This document shows, one piece after another, positions 37,301 to 52,300 of a stretch of 64,000 nucleotides of DNA. Numbering within the stretch: the stretch's first letter is position 1; every line of letters begins with the position of its first letter. Under the pieces are notes generated by a model. It was not told the origin of the DNA, did no database searches, and saw only the letters and a program-made list of their open reading frames with translations. The DNA lies in NCBI RefSeq assembly GCF_964355755.1, contig NC_092671.1, forward strand, positions 22,275,317 to 22,339,316, written 5' to 3'. This stretch comes from Antedon mediterranea. Its lineage: Eukaryota; Animalia; Echinodermata. The position numbers and the translations under genes were made by a program.

Positions 37301-40300
37301 AAGCTATTCTAATCACTTTGGTGTTTTTGTGTTAACAAGTTTTTTCGAAAATCACAAAATGGTCTAAAACGTCTCCAAATGCGATTTGAAGCTATTCTAA
37401 ACATTTTGGTGTTTTTATGTTAACAAGTTTTTTCGAAAATCACAAAATGGTTTAAAACGTCTCCAAATGCGATTTGAAGCTATTCTAAACATTTTGGTGT
37501 TTTTATGTTAACAAGTTTTTTCGAAAATCACAAAATGGTTTAAAACGTCTCCAAATGCGATTTGAAGCTATTCTAAGCACTTTGGTGTTTTTATGTTAAC
37601 AAGTTTTTTCGAAAATCACAAAATGGTCTAAAACGTCTCCCAATGCGATTTGAAGCTATTCTAAGCACTTTGGTGTTTTTATGTTAACAAGTTTTTTCGA
37701 AAATCACAAAATTGTCTAAAACGTCTCCAAATGCGATTTGAAGCTATTCTGTAAACTTTGATGTTTTTATGTTAACAAGTTTTTTCGAAAATCACAAAAT
37801 GGTCTAAAACGTCTCCAAATGCGATTTGAAGGTATTCTAAGCACTTTGGTGTTTTGTGTGAAAAAGTTTTGTCGAAATGCTCAAAATGGTCTAAAACGTT
37901 TTTAAATAGGATATTAAGCTATATTGTGCTCTTTGATGTTTTTGTGTGAAAAGTGTTATCGAAATGCTCAAATGGTCTAAAACGGTTTATAATGTGATTT
38001 TAAGCACTTTGATGTTTTTGTGTAACCAAGTTTCATCGAAAATCACAAAATGGTCTAAAACGTCTCCAAATGCGATTTGAAGCTATTCTAAGCACTTTGG
38101 TGTTTTTATGTTAACAAGTTTTTTCGAAAATCCCAAAATGGTCTAAAACGTCTCCAAATGCGATTTGAAGCTTTTCTAAACACTTTGGTGTTTTTGTGTT
38201 AACAAGTTTTTTCGAAAATCACAAAATGGTCTAAAACGTCTCCAAATGCGATTTGAAGCTATTTTAAGAACTTTGGTGTTTTTATGTTAACAAGTTTTTT
38301 CGAAAATCACAAAATGGTCTAAAACGTCTCCAAATGCGATTTGAAGCTATTCTAAGTACTTTGGTGTTTTTATGTTAACAAGTTTTTTCGAAAATCACAA
38401 AATGGTCTAAAACGTCTCAAAATGCGATTTGAAGCTATTCTGTACACTTTGGTGTTTTGTGTGAAAAAGTTTTGTCGAAATGTTCAAAATGGTTTAAAAC
38501 GTTTTTAAATACGATATTAAGCTATTTTGTGCTCTTTGATGTTTTTGTGTGAAAAGTGTTATCGAAATGCTCAAAATGGTCTAAAACGGTTTATAATGTG
38601 ATTTTAACCACTTTGATGTTTTTGTGTAACCAAGTTTTTTCGAAAATCACAAATTGGTCTAAAACGTCTCCAAATGCGATTTGAAGCTATTCTAAGCACT
38701 TTGGTGTTTTTATGTTAACAAGTTTTTTCGAAAATCACAAAATGGTCTAAAACGTCTCCAAATGCGATTTGAAGCTATTCTAAGCACTTTGGTGTTTTTA
38801 TGTTAACAAGTTTTTTCGAAAATCACAAAATGGTCTAAAACGTCTCCAAATGCGATTTTAAGCTATTCTAAACACTTTGGTGTTTTTATGTTAACAAGTT
38901 TTTTCGAAAATCACAAAATGGTCTAAAACGACTCCAAATGCGATTTGAAGCTATTCTGTACACTTTGATGTTTTTATGTTAAAAAGTTTTTTTCGAAAAT
39001 CACAAAATGGTCTAAAACGTCTCCAAATGCGATTTGAAGCTATTCTAAGCACTTTGATGTTTTTGTGTGAAAAGTGTTATCGAAATGCTCAAAATGGTCT
39101 AAAACGGTTTTATATTGTGATTTTAAGCACTTTGATGTTTTTGTGTAACCAAGTTTTTTCGAAAATCACAAATTGGTCTAAAATGTCTCCAAATGCGATT
39201 GGAAGCTATTCTTAGCACTTTGATGTTTTTATGTTAACAAGTTTTTTCGAAAATCACAAAATGGTCTAAAACGTCTCCAAATCCGATTTGAAGGTATTCT
39301 AAGCACTTTGGTGTTTTTATGTTAACAAGTTTTTTCGAAAATCACAAAATGGTCTAAATTGTCTCCATATGCGATTTGAAGCTATTCTTAGCAGTTTGGT
39401 GTTTTTATGTTAAAAAGTTTTTTTCGAAAATCACAAAATGGTCTAAAACGTCTCCAAATGCGATTTGAAGCTATTCTAAGCACTTTGATGTTTTTGTGTG
39501 AAAAGTGTTATCGAAATGCTCAAAATGGTCTAAAACGGTTTATAATGTGATTTTAACCACTTTGATGTTTTTGTGTAACCAAGTTTTTTCGAAAATCACT
39601 AATTGGTCTAAAATGTCTCCAAATGCGATTTGAAGCTATTCTTAGCACTTTGATGTTTTTATGTTAACAAGTTTTTTCGAAAATCACAAAATGGTCTAAA
39701 ACGTCTCCAAATGCGGTTTGAAGCTATTCTAAGCACTTTGGTGTTTTGTGTGAAAAAGTTTTGTCGAAATGCTCAAAATGGTCTAAAACGTTTTTAAATA
39801 CGATATTAAGCTATATTGTGCTCTTTGATGTTTTTGTGTGAAAAGTGTTATCGATATGCTCAAAATGGTCTAAAACGGTTTATAATGTGATTTTAAGCAC
39901 TTTGATGTTTTTGCGTAACCAAGTTTCATCGAAATGCACAAAATGGTCTAAAACGTCTCCAAATGCGATTTGAAGCTGTTCTAATCACTTTGGTGTTTTT
40001 GTGTTAACAAGTTTTTTCGAAAATCACAAAATGGTCTAAAACGTCTCCAAATGCGATTTGAAGCTATTCTAAACATTTTGGTGTTTTTATGTTAACAAGT
40101 TTTTTCGAAAATCACAAAATGGTCTAAAACGTCTCCAAATGCGATTTGAAGCTATTCTAAGCACTTTGGTGTTTTTATGTTAACAAGTTTTTTCGAAAAT
40201 CACAAAATGGTCTAAAACGTCTCCTAATGCGATTTGAAGCTATTCTAAGCACTTTGGTGTTTTTATGTTAACAAGTTTTTTCGAAAATCACAAAATGGTC

Positions 40301-43300
40301 TAAAACGTCTCCAAATGCGATTTGAAGCTATTCTAAACATGTTGGTGTTTTTATGTTAACAAGTTTTTTCGAAAATCACAAAATGGTCTAAAACGTCTCC
40401 AAATGCGATTTGAAGCTATTTTAAGCACTTTGGTGTTTTTATGTTAACAAGTTTTTTCGAAAATCACAAAATGGTCTAAAACGTCTCCTAATGCGATTTG
40501 AAGCTATTCTAAGCACTTTGGTGTTTTTATGTTAACAAGTTTTTTCGAAAATCACAAAATGGTCTAAAACGTCTCCAAATGCGATTTGAAGCTATTCTGT
40601 ACACTTTGATGTTTTTTTGTAACCAAGTTTCATCGAAATGCACAAAATGGTCTAAAACGTCTCCAAATGCGATTTGAAGCTATTCTAAGAACTTTGGTGT
40701 TTTTATGTTAACAAGTTTTTTTGAAAATTACAAAATGGTCTAAAACGTCTCCAAATGCGATTTGAAGCTATTCTAAGCACTTTGGTGTTTTTATGTTAAC
40801 AAGTTTTTTCGAAAATCCCAAAATGGTCTAAAACGTCTCCAAATGCGATTTGAAGCTTTTCTAAACACTTTGGTGTTTTTGTGTTAACAAGTTTTTTCGA
40901 AAATCACAAAATGGTCTAAAACGTCTCCAAATGCGATTTGAAGCTATTTTAAGAACTTTGGTGTTTTTATGTTAACAAGTTTTTTCGAAAATCACAAAAT
41001 GGTCTAAAACGTCTCCAAATGCGATTTGAAGCTATTTTAAGTACTTTGGTGTTTTTATGTTAACAAGTTTTTTCGAAAATCACAAAATGGTCTAAAACGT
41101 CTCAAAATGCGATTTGAAGCTATTCTGTACACTTTGGTGTTTTGTGTGAAAAAGTTTTGTCGAAATGTTCAAAATGGTTTAAAACGTTTTTAAATACGAT
41201 ATTAAGCTATTTTGTGCTCTTTGATGTTTTTGTGTGAAAAGTGTTATCGAAATGCTCAAAATGGTCTAAAACGGTTTATAATGTGATTTTAACCACATTG
41301 ATGTTTTTGTGTAACCAAGTTTTTTCGAAAATCACAAATTGGTCTAAAACGTCTCCAAATGCGATTTGAAGCTATTCTAAGCACTTTGGTGTTTTTATGT
41401 TAACAAGTTTTTTCGAAAATCACAAAATGGCCTAAAACGTCTCCAAATGCGATTTGAAGCTATTCTAAGCACTTTGGTGTTTTTATGTTAACAAGTTTTT
41501 TCGAAAATCACAAAATGGTCTAAAACGTCTCCAAATGCGATTTTAAGCTATTCTAAACACTTTGGTGTTTTTATGTTAACAAGTTTTTTCGAAAATCACA
41601 AAATGGTCTAAAACGTCTCCAAATGCGATTTGAAGCTATTCTGTACACTTTGATGTTTTTATGTTAAAAAGTTTTTTTCGAAAATCACAAAATGGTCTAA
41701 AACGTCTCCAAATGCGATTTGAAGCTATTCTAAGCACTTTAATGTTTTTGTGTGAAAAGTGTTATCGAAATACTCAAAATGGTCTAAAACGGTTTTATAT
41801 TGTGATTTTAAGCACTTTGATGTTTTTGTGTAACCAAGTTTTTTCGAAAATCACAAATTGGTCTAAAATGTCTCCAAATGCGATTGATAGCTATTCTTAG
41901 CACTTTGATGTTTTTATGTTAACAAGTTTTTTCGAAAATCACAAAATGGTCTAAATTGTCTCCATATGCGATTTGAAGCTATTCTTAGCAGTTTGGTGTT
42001 TTTATGTTAAAAAGTTTTTTTCGAAAATCACAAAATGGTCTAAAACGTCTCCAAATGCGATTTGAAGCTATTCTAAGCACTTTGATGTTTTTGTGTGAAA
42101 AGTGTTATCGAAATGCTCAAAATGGTCTAAAACGGTTTATAATGTGATTTTAACCACTTTGATGTTTTTGTGTAACCAAGTTTTTTCGAAAATCACTAAT
42201 TGGTCTAAAATGTCTCCAAATGCGATTTGAAGCTATTCTTAGCACTTTGATGTTTTTATGTTAACAAGTTTTTTCGAAAATCACAAAATGGTCTAAAACG
42301 TCTCCAAATGCGATTTGAAGCTATTCTAAGCACTTTGGTGTTTTGTGTGAAAAAGTTTTGTCGAAATGCTCAAAATGGTCTAAAACGTTTTTAAATACGA
42401 TATTAAGCTATATTGTGCTCTTTGATGTTTTTGTGTGAAAAGTGTTATCGATATGCTCAAAATGGTCTAAAACGGTTTATAATGTGATTTTAAGCACTTT
42501 GATGTTTTTGCGTAACCAAGTTTCATCGAAATGCACAAAATGGTCTAAAACGTCTCCAAATGCGATTTGAAGCTGTTCTAATCACTTTGGTGTTTTTGTG
42601 TTAACAAGTTTTTTCGAAAATCACAAAATGGTCTAAAACGTCTCCAAATGCGATTTGAAGCTATTCTAAACATTTTGGTGTTTTTATGTTAACATGTTTT
42701 TTCGAAAATCACAAAATGGTCTAAAACGTCTCCAAATGCGATTTGAAGATATTGTGTTTTATGTTAACAAGTTTTTTCGAAAATCACAAAATGGTCTAAA
42801 ACGTCTCCTAATGCGATTTGAAGCTATTCTAAGCACTTTGGTGTTTTTATGTTAACAAGTTTTTTCGAAAATCACAAAATGGTCTAAAACGTCTCCAAAT
42901 GCGATTTGAAGCTATTCTGTACACTTTGATGTTTTTATGTTAACAAGTTTTTTCGAAAATCACAAAATGGTCTAAAACGTCTCCAAATGCGATTTGAAGC
43001 TATTCTAAGCACTTTGGTGTTTTGTGTGAAAAAGTTTTGTCGAAATGCTCAAAATGGTCTAAAACGTTTTTAAATACAATATTAAGCTATATTGTGCTCT
43101 TTGATGTTTTTGTGTGAAAAGTGTTATCGAAATGCTCAACATGGTCTAAAACGGTTTATAATGTGATTTTAAGCACTTTGATGTTTTTGTGTAACCAAGT
43201 TTCATCGAAATGCACAAAATGGTCTAAAACGTCTCCAGATGCGATTTGAAGCTATTCTAAACACTTTGGTGTTTTTATGTTAACAAGGTTTTTCGAAAAT

Positions 43301-46300
43301 CACAAAATGGTCTAAAACGTCTCCAAATGCGATTTGAAGCTATTCTAAACATTTTGGTGTTTTTATGTTAACAAGTTTTTTCGAAAATCACAAAATGGTC
43401 TAAAACGTCTCCAAATGCGATTTGAAGCTATTCTAAGCACTTTGGTGTTTTTATGTTAACAAGTTTTTTCGAAAATCACAAAATGGTCTAAAACGTCTCC
43501 TAATGCGATTTGAAGCTATTCTAAGCACTTTGGTGTTTTGTGTGAAAAAGTTTTGTCGAAATGCTCAAAATGGTCTAAAACGTTTTTAAATACGATATTA
43601 AGCTATATTGTGCTCTTTGATGTTTTTGTGTGAAAAGTGTTATCGATATGCTCAAAATGGTCTAAAACGGTTTATAATGTGATTTTAGGCACTTTGATGT
43701 TTTTGCGTAACCAAGTTTCATCGAAATGCACAAAATGGTCTAAAACGTCTCCAAATGCGATTTGAAGCTGTTCTAATCACTTTGGTGTTTTTGTGTTAAC
43801 AAGTTTTTTCGAAAATCACAAAATGGTCTAAAACGTCTCCAAATGCGATTTGAAGCTATTCTAAACATTTTGGTGTTTTTATGTTAACAAGTTTTTTCGA
43901 AAATCACAAAATGGTCTAAAACGTCTCCAAATGCGATTTGAAGCTATTCTAAGCACTTTGGTGTTTTTATGTTAACAAGTTTTTTCGAAAATCACAAAAT
44001 GGTCTAAAACGTCTCCTAATGCGATTTGAAGCTATTCTAAGCACTTTGGTGTTTTTATGTTAACAAGTTTTTTCGAAAATCACAAAATGGTCTAAAACGT
44101 CTCCAAATGCGATTTGAAGCTATTCTGTACACTTTGATGTTTTTATGTTAACAAGTTTTTTCGAAAATCACAAAATGGTCTAAAACGTCTCCAAATGCGA
44201 TTTGAAGGTATTCTAAGCACTTTGGTGTTTTGTGTGAAAAAGTTTTGTCGAAATGCTCAAAATGGTCTAAAACGTTTTTAAATACAATATTATGCTATAT
44301 TGTGCTCTTTGATGTTTTTGTGTGAAAAGTGTTATCGAAATGCTCAACATGGTCTAAAACGGTTTATAATGTGATTTTAAGCACTTTGATGTTTTTGTGT
44401 AACCAAGTTTCATCGAAATGCACAAAATGGTCTAAAACGTCTCCAAATGCGATTTGAAGCTATTCTAAACACTTTGGTGTTTTTATGTTAACAAGTTTTT
44501 TCGAAAATTACAAAATGGTCTAAAACGTCTCCAAATGCGATTTGAAGCTATTCTAAGCACTTTGGTGTTTTTATGTTAACAAGTTTTTTCGAAAATCACA
44601 AAATGGTCTAAAACGTCTCCAAAGGCGATTTGAAGCTTTTCTAAACACTTTGGTGTTTTTGTGTTAACAAGTTTTTTCGAAAATCACAAAATGGTCTAAA
44701 ACGTCTCCAAATGCGATTTGAAGATATTCTGTACACTTTGGTGTTTTGTGTGAAAAAGTTTTGTTGAAATGCTCAAAATGGTTTAAAACGTTTTTAAATA
44801 CGATATTAAGCTATTTTGTGCTCTTTGATGTTTTTGTGTGAAAAGTGTTATCGAAATGCTCAACATGGTCTAAAACGGTTTATAATGTGATTTTAAGCAC
44901 TTTGATGTTTTTGTGTAACCAAGTTTCATCGAAATGCACAAAATGGTCTAAAACGTCTCCAAATGCGATTTGAAGCTATTCTAAACACTTTGGTGTTTTT
45001 ATGTTAACAAGTTTTTTCGAAAATCACAAAATGGTCTAAAACGTCTCCAAATGCGATTTGAAGCTATTCTAAACATTTTGGTGTTTTTATGTTAACAAGT
45101 TTTTTCGAAAATCACAAAATGGTCTAAAACGTCTCCAAATGCGATTTGAAGCTATTCTAAGCACTTTGGTGTTTTTATGTTAACAAGTTTTTTCGAAAAT
45201 CACAAAATGGTCTAAAACGTCTCCTAATGCGATTTGAAGCTATTCTAAGCACTTTGGTGTTTTGTGTGAAAAAGTTTTGTCGAAATGCTCAAAATGGTCT
45301 AAAACGTTTTTAAATACGATATTAAGCTATATTGTGCTCTTTGATGTTTTTGTGTGAAAAGTGTTATCGATATGCTCAAAATGGTCTAAAACGGTTTATA
45401 ATGTGATTTTAAGCACTTTGATGTTTTTGCGTAACCAAGTTTCATCGAAATGCACAAAATGGTCTAAAACGTCTCCAAATGCGATTTGAAGCTGTTCTAA
45501 TCACTTTGGTGTTTTTGTGTTAACAAGTTTTTTCGAAAATCACAAAATGGTCTAAAACGTCTCCAAATGCGATTTGAAGCTATTCTAAACATTTTGGTGT
45601 TTTTATGTTAACAAGTTTTTTCGAAAATCACAAAATGGTCTAAAACGTCTCCAAATGCGATTTGAAGCTATTCTAAGCACTTTGGTGTTTTTATGTTAAC
45701 AAGTTTTTTCGAAAATCACAAAATGGTCTAAAACGTCTCCAAATGCGATTTGAAGCTATTTTAAGAACTTTGGTGTTTTTATGTTAACAAGTTTTTTCGA
45801 AAATCACAAAATGGTCTAAAACGTCTCCAAATGCGATTTGAAGCTATTCTAAGTACTTTGGTGTTTTTATGTTAACAAGTTTTTTCGAAAATCACAAAAT
45901 GGTCTAAAACGTCTCAAAATGCGATTTGAAGCTATTCTGTACACTTTGGTGTTTTGTGTGAAAAAGTTTTGTCGAAATGTTCAAAATGGTTTAAAACGTT
46001 TTTAAATACGATATTAAGCTATTTTGTGCTCTTTGATGTTTTTGTGTGAAAAGTGTTATCGAAATGCTCAAAATGGTCTAAAACGGTTTATAATGTGATT
46101 TTAACCACTTTGATGTTTTTGTGTAACCAAGTTTTTTCGAAAATCACAAATTGGTCTAAAACGTCTCCAAATGCGATTTGAAGCTATTCTAAGCACTTTG
46201 GTGTTTTTATGTTAACAAGTTTTTTCGAAAATCACAAAATGGTCTAAAACGTCTCCAAATGCGATTTGAAGCTATTCTAAGCACTTTGGTGTTTTTATGT

Positions 46301-49300
46301 TAACAAGTTTTTTCGAAAATCACAAAATGGTCTAAAACGTCTCCAAATGCGATTTTAAGCTATTCTAAACACTTTGGTGTTTTTATGTTAACAAGTTTTT
46401 TCGAAAATCACAAAATGGTCTAAAACGACTCCAAATGCGATTTGAAGCTATTCTGTACACTTTGATGTTTTTATGTTAAAAAGTTTTTTTCGAAAATCAC
46501 AAAATGGTCTAAAACGTCTCCAAATGCGATTTGAAGCTATTCTAAGCACTTTGATGTTTTTGTGTGAAAAGTGTTATCGAAATGCTCAAAATGGTCTAAA
46601 ACGGTTTTATATTGTGATTTTAAGCACTTTGATGTTTTTGTGTAACCAAGTTTTTTCGAAAATCACAAATTGGTCTAAAATGTCTCCAAATGCGATTGGA
46701 AGCTATTCTTAGCACTTTGATGTTTTTATGTTAACAAGTTTTTTCGAAAATCACAAAATGGTCTAAAACGTCTCCAAATCCGATTTGAAGGTATTCTAAG
46801 CACTTTGGTGTTTTTATGTTAACAAGTTTTTTCGAAAATCACAAAATGGTCTAAATTGTCTCCATATGCGATTTGAAGCTATTCTTAGCAGTTTGGTGTT
46901 TTTATGTTAAAAAGTTTTTTTCGAAAATCACAAAATGGTCTAAAACGTCTCCAAATGCGATTTGAAGCTATTCTAAGCACTTTGATGTTTTTGTGTGAAA
47001 AGTGTTATCGAAATGCTCAAAATGGTCTAAAACGGTTTATAATGTGATTTTAACCACTTTGATGTTTTTGTGTAACCAAGTTTTTTCGAAAATCACTAAT
47101 TGGTCTAAAATGTCTCCAAATGCGATTTGAAGCTATTCTTAGCACTTTGATGTTTTTATGTTAACAAGTTTTTTCGAAAATCACAAAATGGTCTAAAACG
47201 TCTCCAAATGCGGTTTGAAGCTATTCTAAGCACTTTGGTGTTTTGTGTGAAAAAGTTTTGTCGAAATGCTCAAAATGGTCTAAAACGTTTTTAAATACGA
47301 TATTAAGCTATATTGTGCTCTTTGATGTTTTTGTGTGAAAAGTGTTATCGATATGCTCAAAATGGTCTAAAACGGTTTATAATGTGATTTTAAGCACTTT
47401 GATGTTTTTGCGTAACCAAGTTTCATCGAAATGCACAAAATGGTCTAAAACGTCTCCAAATGCGATTTGAAGCTGTTCTAATCACTTTGGTGTTTTTGTG
47501 TTAACAAGTTTTTTCGAAAATCACAAAATGGTCTAAAACGTCTCCAAATGCGATTTGAAGCTATTCTAAACATTTTGGTGTTTTTATGTTAACAAGTTTT
47601 TTCGAAAATCACAAAATGGTCTAAAACGTCTCCAAATGCGATTTGAAGCTATTCTAAGCACTTTGGTGTTTTTATGTTAACAAGTTTTTTCGAAAATCAC
47701 AAAATGGTCTAAAACGTCTCCTAATGCGATTTGAAGCTATTCTAAGCACTTTGGTGTTTTTATGTTAACAAGTTTTTTCGAAAATCACAAAATGGTCTAA
47801 AACGTCTCCAAATGCGATTTGAAGCTATTCTAAACATGTTGGTGTTTTTATGTTAACAAGTTTTTTCGAAAATCACAAAATGGTCTAAAACGTCTCCAAA
47901 TGCGATTTGAAGCTATTTTAAGCACTTTGGTGTTTTTATGTTAACAAGTTTTTTCGAAAATCACAAAATGGTCTAAAACGTCTCCTAATGCGATTTGAAG
48001 CTATTCTAAGCACTTTGGTGTTTTTATGTTAACAAGTTTTTTCGAAAATCACAAAATGGTCTAAAACGTCTCCAAATGCGATTTGAAGCTATTCTGTACA
48101 CTTTGATGTTTTTTTGTAACCAAGTTTCATCGAAATGCACAAAATGGTCTAAAACGTCTCCAAATGCGATTTGAAGCTATTCTAAGAACTTTGGTGTTTT
48201 TATGTTAACAAGTTTTTTTGAAAATTACAAAATGGTCTAAAACGTCTCCAAATGCGATTTGAAGCTATTCTAAGCACTTTGGTGTTTTTATGTTAACAAG
48301 TTTTTTCGAAAATCCCAAAATGGTCTAAAACGTCTCCAAATGCGATTTGAAGCTTTTCTAAACACTTTGGTGTTTTTGTGTTAACAAGTTTTTTCGAAAA
48401 TCACAAAATGGTCTAAAACGTCTCCAAATGCGATTTGAAGCTATTTTAAGAACTTTGGTGTTTTTATGTTAACAAGTTTTTTCGAAAATCACAAAATGGT
48501 CTAAAACGTCTCCAAATGCGATTTGAAGCTATTTTAAGTACTTTGGTGTTTTTATGTTAACAAGTTTTTTCGAAAATCACAAAATGGTCTAAAACGTCTC
48601 AAAATGCGATTTGAAGCTATTCTGTACACTTTGGTGTTTTGTGTGAAAAAGTTTTGTCGAAATGTTCAAAATGGTTTAAAACGTTTTTAAATACGATATT
48701 AAGCTATTTTGTGCTCTTTGATGTTTTTGTGTGAAAAGTGTTATCGAAATGCTCAAAATGGTCTAAAACGGTTTATAATGTGATTTTAACCACATTGATG
48801 TTTTTGTGTAACCAAGTTTTTTCGAAAATCACAAATTGGTCTAAAACGTCTCCAAATGCGATTTGAAGCTATTCTAAGCACTTTGGTGTTTTTATGTTAA
48901 CAAGTTTTTTCGAAAATCACAAAATGGCCTAAAACGTCTCCAAATGCGATTTGAAGCTATTCTAAGCACTTTGGTGTTTTTATGTTAACAAGTTTTTTCG
49001 AAAATCACAAAATGGTCTAAAACGTCTCCAAATGCGATTTTAAGCTATTCTAAACACTTTGGTGTTTTTATGTTAACAAGTTTTTTCGAAAATCACAAAA
49101 TGGTCTAAAACGTCTCCAAATGCGATTTGAAGCTATTCTGTACACTTTGATGTTTTTATGTTAAAAAGTTTTTTTCGAAAATCACAAAATGGTCTAAAAC
49201 GTCTCCAAATGCGATTTGAAGCTATTCTAAGCACTTTAATGTTTTTGTGTGAAAAGTGTTATCGAAATACTCAAAATGGTCTAAAACGGTTTTATATTGT

Positions 49301-52300
49301 GATTTTAAGCACTTTGATGTTTTTGTGTAACCAAGTTTTTTCGAAAATCACAAATTGGTCTAAAATGTCTCCAAATGCGATTGATAGCTATTCTTAGCAC
49401 TTTGATGTTTTTATGTTAACAAGTTTTTTCGAAAATCACAAAATGGTCTAAATTGTCTCCATATGCGATTTGAAGCTATTCTTAGCAGTTTGGTGTTTTT
49501 ATGTTAAAAAGTTTTTTTCGAAAATCACAAAATGGTCTAAAACGTCTCCAAATGCGATTTGAAGCTATTCTAAGCACTTTGATGTTTTTGTGTGAAAAGT
49601 GTTATCGAAATGCTCAAAATGGTCTAAAACGGTTTATAATGTGATTTTAACCACTTTGATGTTTTTGTGTAACCAAGTTTTTTCGAAAATCACTAATTGG
49701 TCTAAAATGTCTCCAAATGCGATTTGAAGCTATTCTTAGCACTTTGATGTTTTTATGTTAACAAGTTTTTTCGAAAATCACAAAATGGTCTAAAACGTCT
49801 CCAAATGCGATTTGAAGCTATTCTAAGCACTTTGGTGTTTTGTGTGAAAAAGTTTTGTCGAAATGCTCAAAATGGTCTAAAACGTTTTTAAATACGATAT
49901 TAAGCTATATTGTGCTCTTTGATGTTTTTGTGTGAAAAGTGTTATCGATATGCTCAAAATGGTCTAAAACGGTTTATAATGTGATTTTAAGCACTTTGAT
50001 GTTTTTGCGTAACCAAGTTTCATCGAAATGCACAAAATGGTCTAAAACGTCTCCAAATGCGATTTGAAGCTGTTCTAATCACTTTGGTGTTTTTGTGTTA
50101 ACAAGTTTTTTCGAAAATCACAAAATGGTCTAAAACGTCTCCAAATGCGATTTGAAGCTATTCTAAACATTTTGGTGTTTTTATGTTAACATGTTTTTTC
50201 GAAAATCACAAAATGGTCTAAAACGTCTCCAAATGCGATTTGAAGATATTGTGTTTTATGTTAACAAGTTTTTTCGAAAATCACAAAATGGTCTAAAACG
50301 TCTCCTAATGCGATTTGAAGCTCTTCTAAGCACTTTGGTGTTTTTATGTTAACAAGTTTTTTCGAAAATCACAAAATGGTCTAAAACGTCTCCAAATGCG
50401 ATTTGAAGCTATTCTGTACACTTTGATGTTTTTATGTTAACAAGTTTTTTCGAAAATCACAAAATGGTCTAAAACGTCTCCAAATGCGATTTGAAGGTAT
50501 TCTAAGCACTTTGGTGTTTTGTGTGAAAAAGTTTTGTCGAAATGCTCAAAATGGTCTAAAACGTTTTTAAATACAATATTATGCTATATTGTGCTCTTTG
50601 ATGTTTTTGTGTGAAAAGTGTTATCGAAATGCTCAACATGGTCTAAAACGGTTTATAATGTGATTTTAAGCACTTTGATGTTTTTGTGTAACCAAGTTTC
50701 ATCGAAATGCACAAAATGGTCTAAAACGTCTCCAAATGCGATTTGAAGCTATTCTAAACACTTTGGTGTTTTTATGTTAACAAGTTTTTTCGAAAATTAC
50801 AAAATGGTCTAAAACGTCTCCAAATGCGATTTGAAGCTATTCTAAGCACTTTGGTGTTTTTATGTTAACAAGTTTTTTCGAAAATCACAAAATGGTCTAA
50901 AACGTCTCCAAAGGCGATTTGAAGCTTTTCTAAACACTTTGGTGTTTTTGTGTTAACAAGTTTTTTCGAAAATCACAAAATGGTCTAAAACGTCTCCAAA
51001 TGCGATTTGAAGATATTCTGTACACTTTGGTGTTTTGTGTGAAAAAGTTTTGTTGAAATGCTCAAAATGGTTTAAAACGTTTTTAAATACGATATTAAGC
51101 TATTTTGTGCTCTTTGATGTTTTTGTGTGAAAAGTGTTATCGAAATGCTCAACATGGTCTAAAACGGTTTATAATGTGATTTTAAGCACTTTGATGTTTT
51201 TGTGTAACCAAGTTTCATCGAAATGCACAAAATGGTCTAAAACGTCTCCAAATGCGATTTGAAGCTATTCTAAACACTTTGGTGTTTTTATGTTAACAAG
51301 TTTTTTCGAAAATCACAAAATGGTCTAAAACGTCTCCAAATGCGATTTGAAGCTATTCTAAACATTTTGGTGTTTTTATGTTAACAAGTTTTTTCGAAAA
51401 TCACAAAATGGTCTAAAACGTCTCCAAATGCGATTTGAAGCTATTCTAAGCACTTTGGTGTTTTTATGTTAACAAGTTTTTTCGAAAATCACAAAATGGT
51501 CTAAAACGTCTCCTAATGCGATTTGAAGCTATTCTAAGCACTTTGGTGTTTTGTGTGAAAAAGTTTTGTCGAAATGCTCAAAATGGTCTAAAACGTTTTT
51601 AAATACGATATTAAGCTATATTGTGCTCTTTGATGTTTTTGTGTGAAAAGTGTTATCGATATGCTCAAAATGGTCTAAAACGGTTTATAATGTGATTTTA
51701 AGCACTTTGATGTTTTTGCGTAACCAAGTTTCATCGAAATGCACAAAATGGTCTAAAACGTCTCCAAATGCGATTTGAAGCTGTTCTAATCACTTTGGTG
51801 TTTTTGTGTTAACAAGTTTTTTCGAAAATCACAAAATGGTCTAAAACGTCTCCAAATGCGATTTGAAGCTATTCTAAACATTTTGGTGTTTTTATGTTAA
51901 CAAGTTTTTTCGAAAATCACAAAATGGTCTAAAACGTCTCCAAATGCGATTTGAAGCTATTCTAAGCACTTTGGTGTTTTTATGTTAACAAGTTTTTTCG
52001 AAAATCACAAAATGGTCTAAAACGTCTCCTAATGCGATTTGAAGCTATTCTAAGCACTTTGGTGTTTTTATGTTAACAAGTTTTTTCGAAAATCACAAAA
52101 TGGTCTAAAACGTCTCCAAATGCGATTTGAAGCTATTCTGTACACTTTGATGTTTTTATGTTAACAAGTTTTTTCGAAAATCACAAAATGGTCTAAAACG
52201 TCTCCAAATGCGATTTGAAGGTATTCTAAGCACTTTGGTGTTTTGTGTGAAAAAGTTTTGTCGAAATGCTCAAAATGGTCTAAAACGTTTTTAAATACAA